From NCBI GenBank assembly GCA_965238175.1, contig CBDEGZ010000003.1:1152001-1216000 (forward strand): a stretch of 64,000 bases of DNA, given 5' to 3'. Positions 52,882 through 64,000 of this stretch are shown here, in pieces. Numbering within the stretch: position 1 is the stretch's first letter; each line of letters begins with the position of its first letter. The position numbers were made by a program, and so were the translations under genes. A model generated the notes under the pieces. The model made no database searches. It had not been told where the DNA came from and worked only from the letters and a program-made list of their open reading frames with translations. The DNA comes from Gammaproteobacteria bacterium. GTDB lineage: Bacteria > Pseudomonadota > Gammaproteobacteria > CAJXQU01.

Positions 52882-53152
52882 GTTATTTCCCCTTTGAGCT
52901 TTTGAGACCTTTCCACGATTGTTCTTTTGTCCACTGGCTTCGTCGCTTAAAGCGCCTATTATTGGTAAAAACGTACTCATTTGGTCATTTATATGTATAA
53001 ACTCCCTCATTCCGTGCGCTTTTGCCTTGCCAGCGAACAAAAGCCCGCTCGTGTAAAGGTCTCTAATTATTATTATGGATTTGCATCCGATCCTGTATCG
53101 TTAACGATACCGTTTTTTGATCTTAACGTCACTATATACGTCATAGCAAAAA

Positions 53153-54364
53153 TTAGTGTCTTGCCGATGTTATCTTTATCGGAACAATGATCACAATCCA
53201 GATAAGGATCAAAATTGCGTTGACTAAAAATACATTTCCAATCCCCGCTGTTCCATATAACCATCCGCCGATTGTTCCGCCGAGAAAAGCACCGAAAAAT
53301 TGTGAGGTGGAGTAGACACCAAGTGCTGTGCCTCTTCTATCGGATGGTGCGGTTCTGGAAACTAATGAAGGTAAGGTTGCTTCGAGATAATTAAAGGCGG
53401 TAAAGAATACGAGCATCATGACGGAAAGCCAGACGACTGATGAATAGCCTTTCCAAAGTCCGAGTTCGGCAAATGCTAACAAGATGGTTGCGCCGATAAA
53501 GATCGGTTTAGCCAGATTCTTTTGCGAATTTGGTTTTTCTGCTAATCGAATAAAGGGGAGCATGAATACCAGTGAAAGTAGCATGACGGGTAGATATGTT
53601 TTCCAATGCTGTGCAGAATCTAAGCCTGCATAATCACGCAAGGCTAGAGGTAGAACAACGAAACTGGCGGTCAGGACTAAATGTAAGATCAGAATGCTAA
53701 TGTCTAGCCTTAAAAGATCTGAGTTTTTTAGAACCGCCAGAAAGTTTTTTTTCTCAGGTTCTGGGTCGATTTCTGTCTGTTCAAAGTCTTGAGTATTGGG
53801 TACCCAGACAAAAAGCACGGCAATGGCTAGCAGGCCAAGTAAAGCTGCCATCCAGAACAAACCATGAAGTCCAAGCCAGATATCGAGAATTGGCCCAGCG
53901 ATAAATGACAATGTGAAAGCCAATCCGATTGTGACACCAATAATGGCCATGGTTTTTGTGCGCTGGCTTTCACGGGTTAGATCAGATGCTAATGCCATGA
54001 TTGCTGCTGCAATTGCGCCTGCACCCTGGAGAGCACGACCGAGAATTAAGATATAAATATCTTCTGATAATGCGGCGATCATACTACCGATCGCAAAGAT
54101 AAGTAACCCAGTAGCAACCACGGGTTTACGCCCAAAACGATCAGAAAACATGCCGAAAGGAATTTGCAATAGAGCTTGAGTCAAACCATAAATACCGATA
54201 GCAAGGCCGATCAAAATTGGTGTCGCACCGGTCATTACTTCGGTATACAAAGACAACACCGGCAAAAGCATGAACAGGCCGAACATGCGTAAGAAGTAGA
54301 TTAGCGCAAGTGATGTGGCAGATCGGAGTTCTAGCGGCGTCATTTTTTGTTTATTTTTATTCAT
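53153..54364 (-). CDS. MFS transporter (YajR-like)
   Basis: LRMFGLFMLLP, SDRFGRK, GRALQGAGAI, GVYSTSQF; uvrA-MFS-ssb synteny. Confidence 0.9.
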   Translation of the reverse strand: MNKNKQKMTPLELRSATSLALIYFLRMFGLFMLLPVLSLYTEVMTGATPILIGLAIGIYGLTQALLQIPFGMFSDRFGRKPVVATGLLIFAIGSMIAALSEDIYILILGRALQGAGAIAAAIMALASDLTRESQRTKTMAIIGVTIGLAFTLSFIAGPILDIWLGLHGLFWMAALLGLLAIAVLFVWVPNTQDFEQTEIDPEPEKKNFLAVLKNSDLLRLDISILILHLVLTASFVVLPLALRDYAGLDSAQHWKTYLPVMLLSLVFMLPFIRLAEKPNSQKNLAKPIFIGATILLAFAELGLWKGYSSVVWLSVMMLVFFTAFNYLEATLPSLVSRTAPSDRRGTALGVYSTSQFFGAFLGGTIGGWLYGTAGIGNVFLVNAILILIWIVIIVPIKITSARH

Positions 54365-54438
54365 GCCGTGTATTTCTAAAACATCCTTGCGCAAAAACGC
54401 GTATATTAACAGGTTGCTTCCAATTCGATTAAGAAAAT

Positions 54439-57261
54439 ATGGATAAAATTTCGATCCGTGGTGCACGTACTCATAATTTGAAGGGCGTGGATCTTGATTT
54501 ACCTCGCAATAAACTGATCGTGATCACAGGCTTGTCTGGATCCGGTAAATCATCATTAGCATTTGATACGATTTATGCCGAAGGACAACGCCGCTACGTT
54601 GAGTCGCTTTCGTCCTATGCACGTCAGTTTTTGTCGATGATGGAAAAACCCGATGTTGATTTGATCGAAGGCTTGTCTCCAGCCATCTCCATTGAACAAA
54701 AATCCACCTCGCATAATCCACGATCAACGGTTGGTACTATCACCGAGATTTATGATTATTTGCGTTTGTTATTTGCCCGTGTTGGCGAGCCGCGCTGTCC
54801 TGAACACGATAAGATTCTTGAAGCTCAAACCATTAGCCAAATGGTTGATAATGTTCTGGAGTTACCAGAAGGTAGTAAATTGATGTTGCTGGCTCCTCTA
54901 GTACAAGGGCGAAAAGGCGAGCATATTCAGTTGCTTGAGAGTCTTCGTCGCGAAGGTTACATTCGCGCACGGATCAATGGTGAGGTAGTCAATCTTGATG
55001 ATGCACCTGAATTGGATCTGTATAAAAAACACGATATTGAGGCGGTGGTTGATCGGTTCAAAGTCCGCGATGATATGAAAATACGATTGGCCGAATCGTT
55101 TGAAACAGCACTGACGCTTACCGAAGGCATCGCAAAAGTTGCCTGGATGGACGACGATAAACCGGATTTTATCTTTTCAGCCTTATTTGCTTGTCCGCAT
55201 TGTGGTTATAGTATTAGTGAATTGGAACCGCGGATTTTTTCTTTCAATAATCCTGCCGGCGCATGTCCAGATTGTGATGGTTTGGGCGTGATGCAATTTT
55301 TTGATCCTGACCGTGTTGTACAACACCCAGAATTATCAATGCCCGGTGGAGCGATTCGTGGATGGGATCGACGTACTGTCTATTACTATCAGTTGATCTG
55401 TGCGCTAGCTGAACACTATAAGTTTGATGTTGATATTCCTTTTCAAGATCTTCCAAAGAATATTCAGGAAGTGATTCTCTACGGCAGTGGCGAAACCGAA
55501 ATTAAGTTTGACTACGCTGATTCCAAAGGGAGTAAACGTAAGCGTAAACATGCATTCGAGGGTGTGATTAATAATCTGCAACGACGTTATCGAGAAACTG
55601 ATTCCAGTTCGATCCGTGATGAGCTGGCAAAATTTTTAGTTTCTAAACCTTGCTCTTCCTGTAGTGGACAGCGCTTAGGTGTTGCCGCGAGAAATGTGTT
55701 TGTTGAAAAGAAAAACTTGCCGGAAATTTCAGATATGTCGGTGGGAACGGCGCAGTTATTTTTTGATGGCTTGAAACTAGAAGGTCAGCGCGGCGAGATC
55801 GCAGAAAAGATCCTTAAAGAAGTCTCTGAACGATTAAGTTTTTTGGTTAATGTCGGTCTTGATTATCTGACCTTGTCGCGCAGTGCGGAATCTCTTTCAG
55901 GTGGTGAAGCACAACGGATCCGTTTAGCCAGCCAAATTGGTGCGGGCTTGGTCGGTGTGATGTATGTGCTTGATGAACCTTCGATTGGTCTGCATCAGCG
56001 AGATAATCAACGTTTGTTGAGCACTTTATATCATCTGCGAGATCTCGGTAATACAGTAATTGTTGTTGAGCATGATGAAGAAGCGATTCGGGCTGCTGAT
56101 TATGTCCTTGATATCGGTCCTGGTGCGGGTGTTCATGGTGGTGAGATTGTCGCGCAAGGGACGATGAAGGATCTGGAATCAAGTGAACGATCGCTTACTG
56201 GGCAATATCTTTCAGGCAAACGAGAGATTAAGGTACCCGAAACACGTCATCCAGTAGATCCTGATCGTCTACTACGAGTTGTTGGGGCGACGGGGAATAA
56301 TCTCAAGAAAGTCACTTTGGAAATCCCTGTAGGTTTGATGACCTGTATAACCGGTGTTTCTGGATCGGGTAAATCCACTCTAATTAATGACACACTTTAT
56401 AAGGTTGCCGCACATCAATTAAACCGGGCAAATACAGAACCAGCCAAGCACGAAAAGATCGAAGGGCTGGATCAGTTTGATAAGGTGGTTGATATTGATC
56501 AAAGTCCGATTGGCCGCACACCAAGATCAAACCCCGCAACATATACCGGTATTTTCACTCCCGTTCGTGAGCTATTTGCGACGACTCATGAATCCCGTTC
56601 ACGTGGGTATAAGCCGGGTCGTTTTAGTTTTAATGTCAAAGGTGGGCGATGCGAAGCTTGTCAGGGTGATGGTGTGCTCAAAGTCGAAATGCACTTTTTA
56701 CCGGATGTGTATGTGCCTTGTGATATTTGCAAAGGAAAACGTTATAACCGCGAAACTCTGGAAGTTAGATACAAAGGGAAAAATATCCATGAAGTGTTAG
56801 ATATGACGGTTGAAGAAGCGCGCGAATTTTTTGATTCAGTTCCGATGATTAAAACCAAGTTACAAACACTAATGGATGTTGGTTTAACCTATATAAAACT
56901 CGGTCAAAACGCGACAACTCTCTCTGGTGGTGAGGCACAGCGGGTGAAATTATCGCGCGAGTTGTCAAAACGAGATACAGGTAATACTTTGTATATCCTC
57001 GATGAACCGACAACTGGGTTACACTTTTATGATACTGAACAACTACTACAAGTCTTGCATCGTTTACGTGATCATGGCAATACTGTCATTGTGATCGAAC
57101 ACAATTTGGACGTGATCAAAACGGCAGATTGGATAGTAGATCTTGGGCCAGAAGGTGGTAACGGTGGTGGAGAGATCCTGGTTGCAGGTTCACCCGAAGA
57201 GGTAGTGAAGCACAAGGTATCGCATACGGCGAAATATTTGTCTCCGCTATTGGAGAAATAA
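54439..57261 (+). CDS. uvrA: Excinuclease ABC subunit A
   Basis: GARTHNLK, two GxSGSGKS motifs, zinc fingers, LSGGEAQR twice. Confidence 0.99.
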   Translation: MDKISIRGARTHNLKGVDLDLPRNKLIVITGLSGSGKSSLAFDTIYAEGQRRYVESLSSYARQFLSMMEKPDVDLIEGLSPAISIEQKSTSHNPRSTVGTITEIYDYLRLLFARVGEPRCPEHDKILEAQTISQMVDNVLELPEGSKLMLLAPLVQGRKGEHIQLLESLRREGYIRARINGEVVNLDDAPELDLYKKHDIEAVVDRFKVRDDMKIRLAESFETALTLTEGIAKVAWMDDDKPDFIFSALFACPHCGYSISELEPRIFSFNNPAGACPDCDGLGVMQFFDPDRVVQHPELSMPGGAIRGWDRRTVYYYQLICALAEHYKFDVDIPFQDLPKNIQEVILYGSGETEIKFDYADSKGSKRKRKHAFEGVINNLQRRYRETDSSSIRDELAKFLVSKPCSSCSGQRLGVAARNVFVEKKNLPEISDMSVGTAQLFFDGLKLEGQRGEIAEKILKEVSERLSFLVNVGLDYLTLSRSAESLSGGEAQRIRLASQIGAGLVGVMYVLDEPSIGLHQRDNQRLLSTLYHLRDLGNTVIVVEHDEEAIRAADYVLDIGPGAGVHGGEIVAQGTMKDLESSERSLTGQYLSGKREIKVPETRHPVDPDRLLRVVGATGNNLKKVTLEIPVGLMTCITGVSGSGKSTLINDTLYKVAAHQLNRANTEPAKHEKIEGLDQFDKVVDIDQSPIGRTPRSNPATYTGIFTPVRELFATTHESRSRGYKPGRFSFNVKGGRCEACQGDGVLKVEMHFLPDVYVPCDICKGKRYNRETLEVRYKGKNIHEVLDMTVEEAREFFDSVPMIKTKLQTLMDVGLTYIKLGQNATTLSGGEAQRVKLSRELSKRDTGNTLYILDEPTTGLHFYDTEQLLQVLHRLRDHGNTVIVIEHNLDVIKTADWIVDLGPEGGNGGGEILVAGSPEEVVKHKVSHTAKYLSPLLEK

Positions 57262-57263
57262 TC

Positions 57264-58466
57264 ATGAAAAAACTATTCTTTTTTACTAGTTCATTATTCC
57301 TCGTATTTTTGTTTTATGCTAAGACGACAATTGCAAAACCTGTTAACTGGCTAGCAGAAGGACTACCAGCACCTTATGCAACACCCTCAGCCAATAGGGG
57401 AGCGAGGATTATTGATCAACCAGATGGTGCGAAATTAAAAGTGCCTGAAGGTTTCCAAGTCGAAGAATACATGTCTGGGTTTGTCAGCCCGCGATTTATG
57501 ATCCTTGGGACAAAAGGCGAGCTGATCTTGTCTGATACCTTTGTCGGCAAGGTCTATGTGATTAAGGATAAAAAGAAAACATTACTGATCCGTGATTTGA
57601 ATAATCCTTATGGATTGGCCTTTTACAAAGATTGGTTATACGTTGCCGAGACAACTGCCGTGCGTCGATATAAATATGATCCGGAGTCATTAGCTGTAAC
57701 ACCAGAAAGCGAGATGATTGTCGATATGTCAGATTTTAATCGAGGACATATTACCCGTTCGATTGTTTTTGATTATAAAGTCGACAAGTTTTATTTAAGC
57801 GTTGGATCTCAATCGAATGTTGACCCTGGAGAGCCAGTGATGAGGGCGGCTATAAGCCGGTTTAATCCTGATGGTAGTGGTAAAGAGATTTTTGCATCAG
57901 GTATTAGGAATGGTGTGGGATTGCGTTTAACTGAGGATACAGCGGATCAAAAACCTCAAGTTTGGGTGACGTCTCATGAACGCGATGGACTTGGGGATGA
58001 TCTTGTTCCCGATTATTTGACCAGTGTTAATGAGGATGATTTTTTGGGTTGGCCTTATGCCTATATTGGTCCAAACGAAGATCCTCGAAATGCTGGTTTA
58101 GCATCTGATATGGTGGCGAAAACCCGTTATCCAGATGTATTGCTGGGTTCACACGTAGGCGCGATGGACTTTATTTTTTATAAAGGCAATCAATTTCCAG
58201 AAAAATATCATGGCGGTAGTTTCGTTGCGCTTCATGGTTCGTGGAATCGTTCAAAACTGGTGGGTTACCGTATCGCATTTGTACCTTTTACTGCAGGAAA
58301 ACCAACTTCCGGGCCAGAAGATTTTCTTACGGGTTGGTTGTTATCTAACGATTCAAATAAGGTATGGGGCCGTCCTGTAGGACTGGTGGAATTAAAAGAT
58401 GGATCAATTTTGGTTACAGACGATGCGGCAGGGAAAATCTGGCGTGTTTTTTATTCTGTTCAATGA
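57264..58466 (+). CDS. PQQ-dependent sugar/sorbosone dehydrogenase family beta-propeller
   Basis: LKVPEGF.V, GIRN.VG, ERDGLGDD..PD, HGSWNR, GRPVG. Confidence 0.85.
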   Translation: MKKLFFFTSSLFLVFLFYAKTTIAKPVNWLAEGLPAPYATPSANRGARIIDQPDGAKLKVPEGFQVEEYMSGFVSPRFMILGTKGELILSDTFVGKVYVIKDKKKTLLIRDLNNPYGLAFYKDWLYVAETTAVRRYKYDPESLAVTPESEMIVDMSDFNRGHITRSIVFDYKVDKFYLSVGSQSNVDPGEPVMRAAISRFNPDGSGKEIFASGIRNGVGLRLTEDTADQKPQVWVTSHERDGLGDDLVPDYLTSVNEDDFLGWPYAYIGPNEDPRNAGLASDMVAKTRYPDVLLGSHVGAMDFIFYKGNQFPEKYHGGSFVALHGSWNRSKLVGYRIAFVPFTAGKPTSGPEDFLTGWLLSNDSNKVWGRPVGLVELKDGSILVTDDAAGKIWRVFYSVQ

Positions 58467-58538
58467 TTATTTGAAGTTTTACACGAGGTTTTGCGGTAGT
58501 ATTTAAATCAAAGTATTTAGAACACACGAGGAGTTTTT

Positions 58539-59471
58539 ATGTCAATTTTAGTCTGTGGATCGCTAGCTTACGACAATATTATGGTTTTTCCCGACAAGTT
58601 CAAAAATCATATTTTGCCGGATAAGATCCATATGTTGAACGTTTCTTTTTTTGTTCCTGAAATGCGCCGAGAATATGGCGGTTGTGCCGGTAATATTGCT
58701 TATAACCTTAATTTATTGGGTGAATCACCCGTATTGATGGCCACTGCGGGAAGTGACTTTGCACCTTATGCGCAATGGATAGATGACTGTGGTGTCCGTC
58801 GTGAAAACGTTACTATCATTGACGATGCCTTCACGGCCCAGGCCTTTATTACAACGGATCTAGATGATAACCAGATCACTGCTTTTCATCCGGGAGCAAT
58901 GAATATGTCGCATGTTAACCGCGTTGATGATACGTCGGACATTGTATTGGGTATTATTTCTCCCGATGGCCGTGACGGCATGATTCAGCACGCAGAACAA
59001 TTTGTAAAACAAGAAGTGCCGTTTATTTTTGATCCGGGTCAGGGTATGCCGATGTTTGACGGTGATGATTTGAAGAAATTTATTGATCAAGCCACTTGGG
59101 TAACCGTGAACGATTATGAATGGCAAATGATGCAGGAACGAACAGCTTGGTCGGTTGATGATGTTACAGAACGAGTTGAAGCGTTGATTGTCACCAAAGG
59201 AGGCGAAGGATCATCAATTTATTGTCGCGGAAATACGATAGAAATTCCGCCCGCTAAAATCGCTGAAAATAATGATCCAACCGGTTGTGGTGATGCATAT
59301 CGAGCTGGATTACTCTACGGATTAAAAAATAATCTGGATTGGGAAAGTACAGGACGAATTGCTTCTCTCATTGGTGCGATCAAGATTGAGCAACATGGAA
59401 CACAGAACCACCAATTTACCAAACCTGAATTTAAGGCACGTTATGAACGTGAATTTGGAAGTTCTTTTTAA
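58539..59471 (+). CDS. PfkB carbohydrate kinase (adenosine kinase-like)
   Basis: [27 protein letters not shown]. Confidence 0.9.
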   Translation: MSILVCGSLAYDNIMVFPDKFKNHILPDKIHMLNVSFFVPEMRREYGGCAGNIAYNLNLLGESPVLMATAGSDFAPYAQWIDDCGVRRENVTIIDDAFTAQAFITTDLDDNQITAFHPGAMNMSHVNRVDDTSDIVLGIISPDGRDGMIQHAEQFVKQEVPFIFDPGQGMPMFDGDDLKKFIDQATWVTVNDYEWQMMQERTAWSVDDVTERVEALIVTKGGEGSSIYCRGNTIEIPPAKIAENNDPTGCGDAYRAGLLYGLKNNLDWESTGRIASLIGAIKIEQHGTQNHQFTKPEFKARYEREFGSSF

Positions 59472-59494
59472 GATTTTTTATAAGAAATAACATT

Positions 59495-60445
59495 ATGAAA
59501 ATATTACTTGCTAACCCTCGAGGTTTTTGTGCTGGCGTTGACAGAGCAATTGGGATTGTTGATCGTGCGATAGAGTTGTTTGGAGCTCCAATTTATGTAC
59601 GACATGAAGTGGTCCACAATAAGTATGTTGTTGATAACTTAAGGGAAAAAGGTGCAGTATTTGTTGATGAGTTAGATCAGGTGCCAGATGGCAATACCGT
59701 CATTTTTAGTGCCCATGGTGTCGCAAAATCTGTCCGAGAAGAAGCAGAAAAAAGAGATTTGCGAGTCTTTGATGCAATTTGTCCTTTGGTAACGAAGGTG
59801 CATATGGAAGTAAGTCGATACCAGAAAGAGGGGCGAGAGTGTATTTTAATCGGCCATGTTGGTCATCCTGAAGTTGAAGGTACCTTAGGGCAATACACTC
59901 GTAACGATGGTGTTGGTGGGATTTATCTTATTGAAACTGTAGAGGATGTCCAGAATCTTCAAGTTAAAGATCCAGAATTTTTAGCTTTTGTTACGCAAAC
60001 AACCTTATCGATGGATGATACTGCCGAAGTGATCAATGCATTGGTCGAACACTTCCCTAAAATATATGGTCCAAAAAAAGAAGACATTTGTTATGCGACT
60101 CAAAATCGTCAAGATGCTGTGAAAGTGCTTGTTGAACAATCTGATCTGGTTCTTGTTGTTGGATCCCAAAGCAGTTCTAATTCGACAAGGTTGAAAGAAA
60201 TATCTGTTAAGAAAGGTATACTTGCTTATCTGATTGATGGTGCTAATGAAATTCAAAAAGAGTGGCTGGATGGGGTTGACACTATCGGTGTGACTGCTGG
60301 TGCCTCAGCGCCTGAAGTGCTGGTGAATGAGGTAATTGAACGGTTAAGAGAATGGGGTGGGGTTATACCTGAAGAGCTTGAAGGTGTAAAAGAGACGATT
60401 GTTTTTAACCTTCCCAAAGAACTGGCAAAGGTTGCTAATTCCTAG
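59495..60445 (+). CDS. ispH: HMBPP reductase
   Basis: [36 protein letters not shown]. Confidence 0.98.
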   Translation: MKILLANPRGFCAGVDRAIGIVDRAIELFGAPIYVRHEVVHNKYVVDNLREKGAVFVDELDQVPDGNTVIFSAHGVAKSVREEAEKRDLRVFDAICPLVTKVHMEVSRYQKEGRECILIGHVGHPEVEGTLGQYTRNDGVGGIYLIETVEDVQNLQVKDPEFLAFVTQTTLSMDDTAEVINALVEHFPKIYGPKKEDICYATQNRQDAVKVLVEQSDLVLVVGSQSSSNSTRLKEISVKKGILAYLIDGANEIQKEWLDGVDTIGVTAGASAPEVLVNEVIERLREWGGVIPEELEGVKETIVFNLPKELAKVANS

Positions 60446-60883
60446 TTATCTTTGCCAGCAGTCATCATTGGTAGCCGTTTTTCGTCCAGTCGATGTTTGA
60501 GTATATTTTGCACATTCTGTGTCTAATGATTGAAGGGTGCCATGAGTAGTAACGGATAAGGAAAAACAGTTAGTTATAGGACAATTTCCAGTAGGCGTAT
60601 CAACGGATAGCTGATAGTAACCATGTTTGGAGATGGCAGGATTAGCTAGGTATCCTAATATTATTGTACTCACGGCATAAGTATTATTGGAAGAGTAATA
60701 ACGTTCTTGATCTGCAATTGCACGTTCTAGCATTGCTTTTCCTTCTAGTCGATTAGTTCTCAAAACATGCTTGTTATAGGATGGATAAGCAATAGCGGCG
60801 ACAATCCCTATTATAGTGACAGTAATCATTAGTTCGATAAGTGTGAAACCAGCAAATTGTTTTTTGCAAGCTCGTAGATTCAT
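60446..60883 (-). CDS. pilE: Type IV minor pilin PilE
   Basis: GFTLIELMI, AYPSY, QERYYS.N.TY, C-terminal D.C....G....CW. Confidence 0.88.
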   Translation of the reverse strand: MNLRACKKQFAGFTLIELMITVTIIGIVAAIAYPSYNKHVLRTNRLEGKAMLERAIADQERYYSSNNTYAVSTIILGYLANPAISKHGYYQLSVDTPTGNCPITNCFSLSVTTHGTLQSLDTECAKYTQTSTGRKTATNDDCWQR

Positions 60884-61058
60884 CTATTTACACCATTTGA
60901 TTTGAGACAAGTTGATGCTAGTTTAGCATGCAGCAGCAGTACCACTATTCATCAATGTTCTGTGTATCAGGATATGGTTAATTTTACCATGCACTTAATT
61001 GATAAATCGTAGAAAATATTAACCATTATGTACTGACGGTGATGATTGGAGAAGGTAT

Positions 61059-62165
61059 TTGACAATTGATTGTGTAATTATTGGTGGAGGAATCATTGGA
61101 ATGATGACTGCACGGGAATTGTCCACCGCAGGTCTTAAAGTCCAAATCCTTGAAAAGGGGGTGGTTGGGAGAGAGGCTTCTTGGGCTGGCGGAGGTATTC
61201 TTTCACCTATTTACCCTTGGGACGCTGCTGAAAAAATTTGGCCAATGGTGGACGCCAGTCAAAAAATATATCCCAGTTTATGCGCAGAACTGACAGATGA
61301 AACAGGGATAGATCCACAAAGGTCTCGTTCTGGGATGCTTAACTTTGATCAAATTGATAATGAGAAATTAACGCGTTGGCAAAGTAAAACTGAAACAAAT
61401 TATGAGTATCTGGATAGAGAACAGATCCGTGAGATAGAGCCTTTAATTAATGAGAGGTTTGAGTCTGCTATTTGGATATCAAACATTACGCAAATCAGAA
61501 CGCCACGACTACTCAAGGCATTAAAGAAATCCTTGTTACTTCATGGAGTCAAAATAAGTGAAGGGGTTGAGGTGACAGAAATTAGCCAAGCTAAGGCTAA
61601 GATAGATGGTGTTGAATCTACTCAAGGTAGAATTGATTGTGCGTCTGTTGTGATTGCAGCTGGTGCCTGGAGTGGGAAATTTCTTAAAGATAAGTTATCA
61701 ATAAAACCTGTTCGAGGGCAAATGTTGCGAGTTGGTGTCCCGAATGGTTTACTCAATAGTATTTTATTGAAAAACGGAATTTATCTCATACCCAGGAAAG
61801 CTGAGTTAATAAAAGATTTGTCTCAGCAAAAACAACAGATTTTGATAGGGTCGACAATGGAGCATGTTGGGTTTGATCAATCAACAACGGCTGAGGCAGC
61901 TAACAGTCTCTATGTCGCAGGGATCGAAATACTTCCAGATCTGGAAAATTATCCAATTATTCAGCAGTGGTCAGGGTTAAGACCAGGTTCAGAAAAAGGA
62001 ATTCCTATTATTGATGCGATAGAAGGTACCGAAGGGTTGTTCTTAAACAGTGGTCATCATAGAAATGGTGTAACACTTGCACCAGGCGCAGCGAAAATAA
62101 TGAAGGATAAGGTTATTAATTATTTGCAGGGACAACTTGCCAATTTGTACCGGGAAAAGAATTGA
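61059..62165 (+). CDS. thiO: Glycine oxidase ThiO-like FAD oxidoreductase
   Basis: GGGIIG, EASWAGGGILSP, PVRGQM, WSGLRP, GHHRNG. Confidence 0.85.
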   Translation: MTIDCVIIGGGIIGMMTARELSTAGLKVQILEKGVVGREASWAGGGILSPIYPWDAAEKIWPMVDASQKIYPSLCAELTDETGIDPQRSRSGMLNFDQIDNEKLTRWQSKTETNYEYLDREQIREIEPLINERFESAIWISNITQIRTPRLLKALKKSLLLHGVKISEGVEVTEISQAKAKIDGVESTQGRIDCASVVIAAGAWSGKFLKDKLSIKPVRGQMLRVGVPNGLLNSILLKNGIYLIPRKAELIKDLSQQKQQILIGSTMEHVGFDQSTTAEAANSLYVAGIEILPDLENYPIIQQWSGLRPGSEKGIPIIDAIEGTEGLFLNSGHHRNGVTLAPGAAKIMKDKVINYLQGQLANLYREKN

Positions 62166-64000
62166 TTGTTTCACTGTTAATTATGGAAATGCCATTCAGT
62201 TGATTCATCAAGTTGCCCCCGGTAACCGAATTTTTCCATAACAGATCAGTATTACCGTCGTTGTTATAGTCCGCAGTTTGTACTAATGTCCAGGATCCAA
62301 CCAATGTACTTAGTAGATCATTTTGCGTTATTTGGGTTCCATTCATCAGATACATCCAAACAAGGTTCGTGGATTCATTACGCCAAACAATATCTTCTTT
62401 ACCATCTCCGTTAAAATCACCTGTTCCTTTTATATCCCAGTCAGCACCTGAGAAGGCAACATGCTGATCAGTAATGATATTTGATCCATTCATTAAGTAC
62501 ATCCAGACTCTTCCGTTTGATTTATTTCGCCATAAAATGTCACCATCACCATCACCATCAAAGTCACCGACACCTTTTATTTCCCAGTCAAGTCCAGTAA
62601 AAGCAATGTGATTGCCTTGGCCGCCACCATTAATAACGGTTGATCCATTCATAAGATATACCCAAATACGCCCTGTTCCGCTATGACGCCACAGAATATC
62701 GTTGCTTCCATCACCATTAAAATCAGCGATCCCATTCACTTGCCATCTTGTGTCAGCGACTGTTTGAATGACACTATTACGCAAAATCTGAGTACCATTC
62801 ATAAAATAAATTCGATTTTCACCGGAGACACTATTTCGCCATAAAAGATCTTCTTTGCCATCACCATCAAAATCGCCATTACCGACGATCTGCCACTGAT
62901 TTGATGGTGTATTTAGAGTGGCATTCTGGTTAATAACATTCCCGGCAATGAGGTATGTTTTATGTGCGCCAGTTGCAGTATTACGTAAAAAAATTGATAT
63001 GGTTGTTGATATTGGATCATTTATATCAGTTGGATTACTACCACCTCGAAACTCTTGCAAATTTGTTAACCCATCTCCATCGAGATCAAGTGACGCATCC
63101 GCACTATTCAACGGATTGAGTCCATAAGTTGTTTCAAAGTTATCTGCTATACCATCGCCATCAGTGTCAGCTGTTTCAGTGGCGCTAGTTGGGAAAGCAT
63201 CACAGGCATCGCCTGCTAAATCGCCATCGGTATTTATTTGGTTAGAATTCGGAATAGAAGGGCAGTTATCGCTGCTATCGGGAATGCCATCGCTATCAAG
63301 ATCTCCTACGAATTGTGCAATGATACTTCTGAAAGTATTCATTGTAACTGTACAATTTCGGTTAGATGTTGAATCACACCCAGTCCATGCAATGAATGTG
63401 CTATTTGATGCAGGATTAGCTGTAATCGTGACATTCGTACCATCAGAATAATATCCACAGCTTACCGAATTATCACCACAGTCTGTACCGGACGAACTCA
63501 GCACGAAATTACCCGAATCATTTCCTGAACTTGTAACGAGTAAATATTTGTTGTCAGTAATGTCTGGGTTCTCGGAAAGATAGATGTCTTTCTGCCCGTT
63601 GGAATCACTAACAATCAAATTAGAAGCGCTACTGGCAAAAGTGACAAATTTTCCATCGAAAGAGATACTTGATTTACTGCTATTGTTATTTGCTTGCGTC
63701 GCCGTTAGCGATCTCACACTCATACGGGAAGTTTTAGATCCATCACGATCTCGAACAAAAATATCGTTAACGCCATTTGTATCGTTTACAACCGAATCAA
63801 GATTGGTTGCAGTACTCGTGAAACTAACATAATCACCGTCCGCAGAAATCGATGGTTCGATACTGTCGTTGTTTGCCTGGACATTAAACGAATTAATGCT
63901 TAGACGACTGGTATTTCCTGTTTGTCGATCATGTAAAAAAATATCACGACTCGAATTACTATCGCTATCGACCAAATTAGTTGCAGTACTGTCAAAAACA
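62116..64000 (-). CDS. Large surface/adhesin protein (TolB-like propeller, B-repeat, thrombospondin type 3, FG-GAP repeats), 5' end beyond window
   Basis: SISADG..V.F.S.ATNL..D.NG..DIF repeats; DGIPDSSDNCP..N..Q..TDGD..GDACD; GDFDGDG..D.LWR repeats. Confidence 0.85.
   Translation of the reverse strand, partial: VFDSTATNLVDSDSNSSRDIFLHDRQTGNTSRLSINSFNVQANNDSIEPSISADGDYVSFTSTATNLDSVVNDTNGVNDIFVRDRDGSKTSRMSVRSLTATQANNNSSKSSISFDGKFVTFASSASNLIVSDSNGQKDIYLSENPDITDNKYLLVTSSGNDSGNFVLSSSGTDCGDNSVSCGYYSDGTNVTITANPASNSTFIAWTGCDSTSNRNCTVTMNTFRSIIAQFVGDLDSDGIPDSSDNCPSIPNSNQINTDGDLAGDACDAFPTSATETADTDGDGIADNFETTYGLNPLNSADASLDLDGDGLTNLQEFRGGSNPTDINDPISTTISIFLRNTATGAHKTYLIAGNVINQNATLNTPSNQWQIVGNGDFDGDGKEDLLWRNSVSGENRIYFMNGTQILRNSVIQTVADTRWQVNGIADFNGDGSNDILWRHSGTGRIWVYLMNGSTVINGGGQGNHIAFTGLDWEIKGVGDFDGDGDGDILWRNKSNGRVWMYLMNGSNIITDQHVAFSGADWDIKGTGDFNGDGKEDIVWRNESTNLVWMYLMNGTQITQNDLLSTLVGSWTLVQTADYNNDGNTDLLWKNSVTGGNLMNQLNGISIINSETINSFPGTNWQVVPANN

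Noticed and set aside
52882-53040. N-terminal extension of Ssb in the ORF track
   Set aside because: Canonical MASRG start at 52881 with an RBS; the extension is just an open frame.
54365-54438. LexA box at the uvrA promoter
   Set aside because: No CTGT-N8-ACAG match seen.

Overview
A 64-kb chromosomal window from an AT-rich, probably marine or environmental, Gammaproteobacterium. From left to right it holds: an MSHA/T2SS-like pilus cluster (four prepilins, frameshifted pilM, pilNO, secretin, ExeA/MshM ATPase, TPR protein); aroE; TRAP dctQM flanked by two DnaA-box clusters; and lptD-surA-pdxA-rsmA. Next is an IS-dense zone (about 18.7-44.4 kb) with three IS110/IS1111 copies, three IS481 copies, one IS982 and an IS5 relic. 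These elements sit among a cold-shock gene, a DUF6502 module, prpF, katG, fliL, acnB, mlaA, dxs and a VPLPA-CTERM gene. The right part has a type I R-M locus with RhuM/Fic, then ssb, an MFS gene, uvrA, ispH, pilE, thiO and a large repeat-rich surface protein cut by the window edge. The strongest signal is the IS1111-type IS110. Its 3' non-coding region contains readable target and donor guide segments (bridge/seekRNA architecture) that spell out an IS982-type terminal inverted repeat. One copy sits inside the TIR of an intact IS982, and a mini hairpin derivative lies at the same motif in the pilus operon. No rRNA, tRNA or CRISPR array was seen. All family assignments come from motif recognition by eye; no database searches were run.
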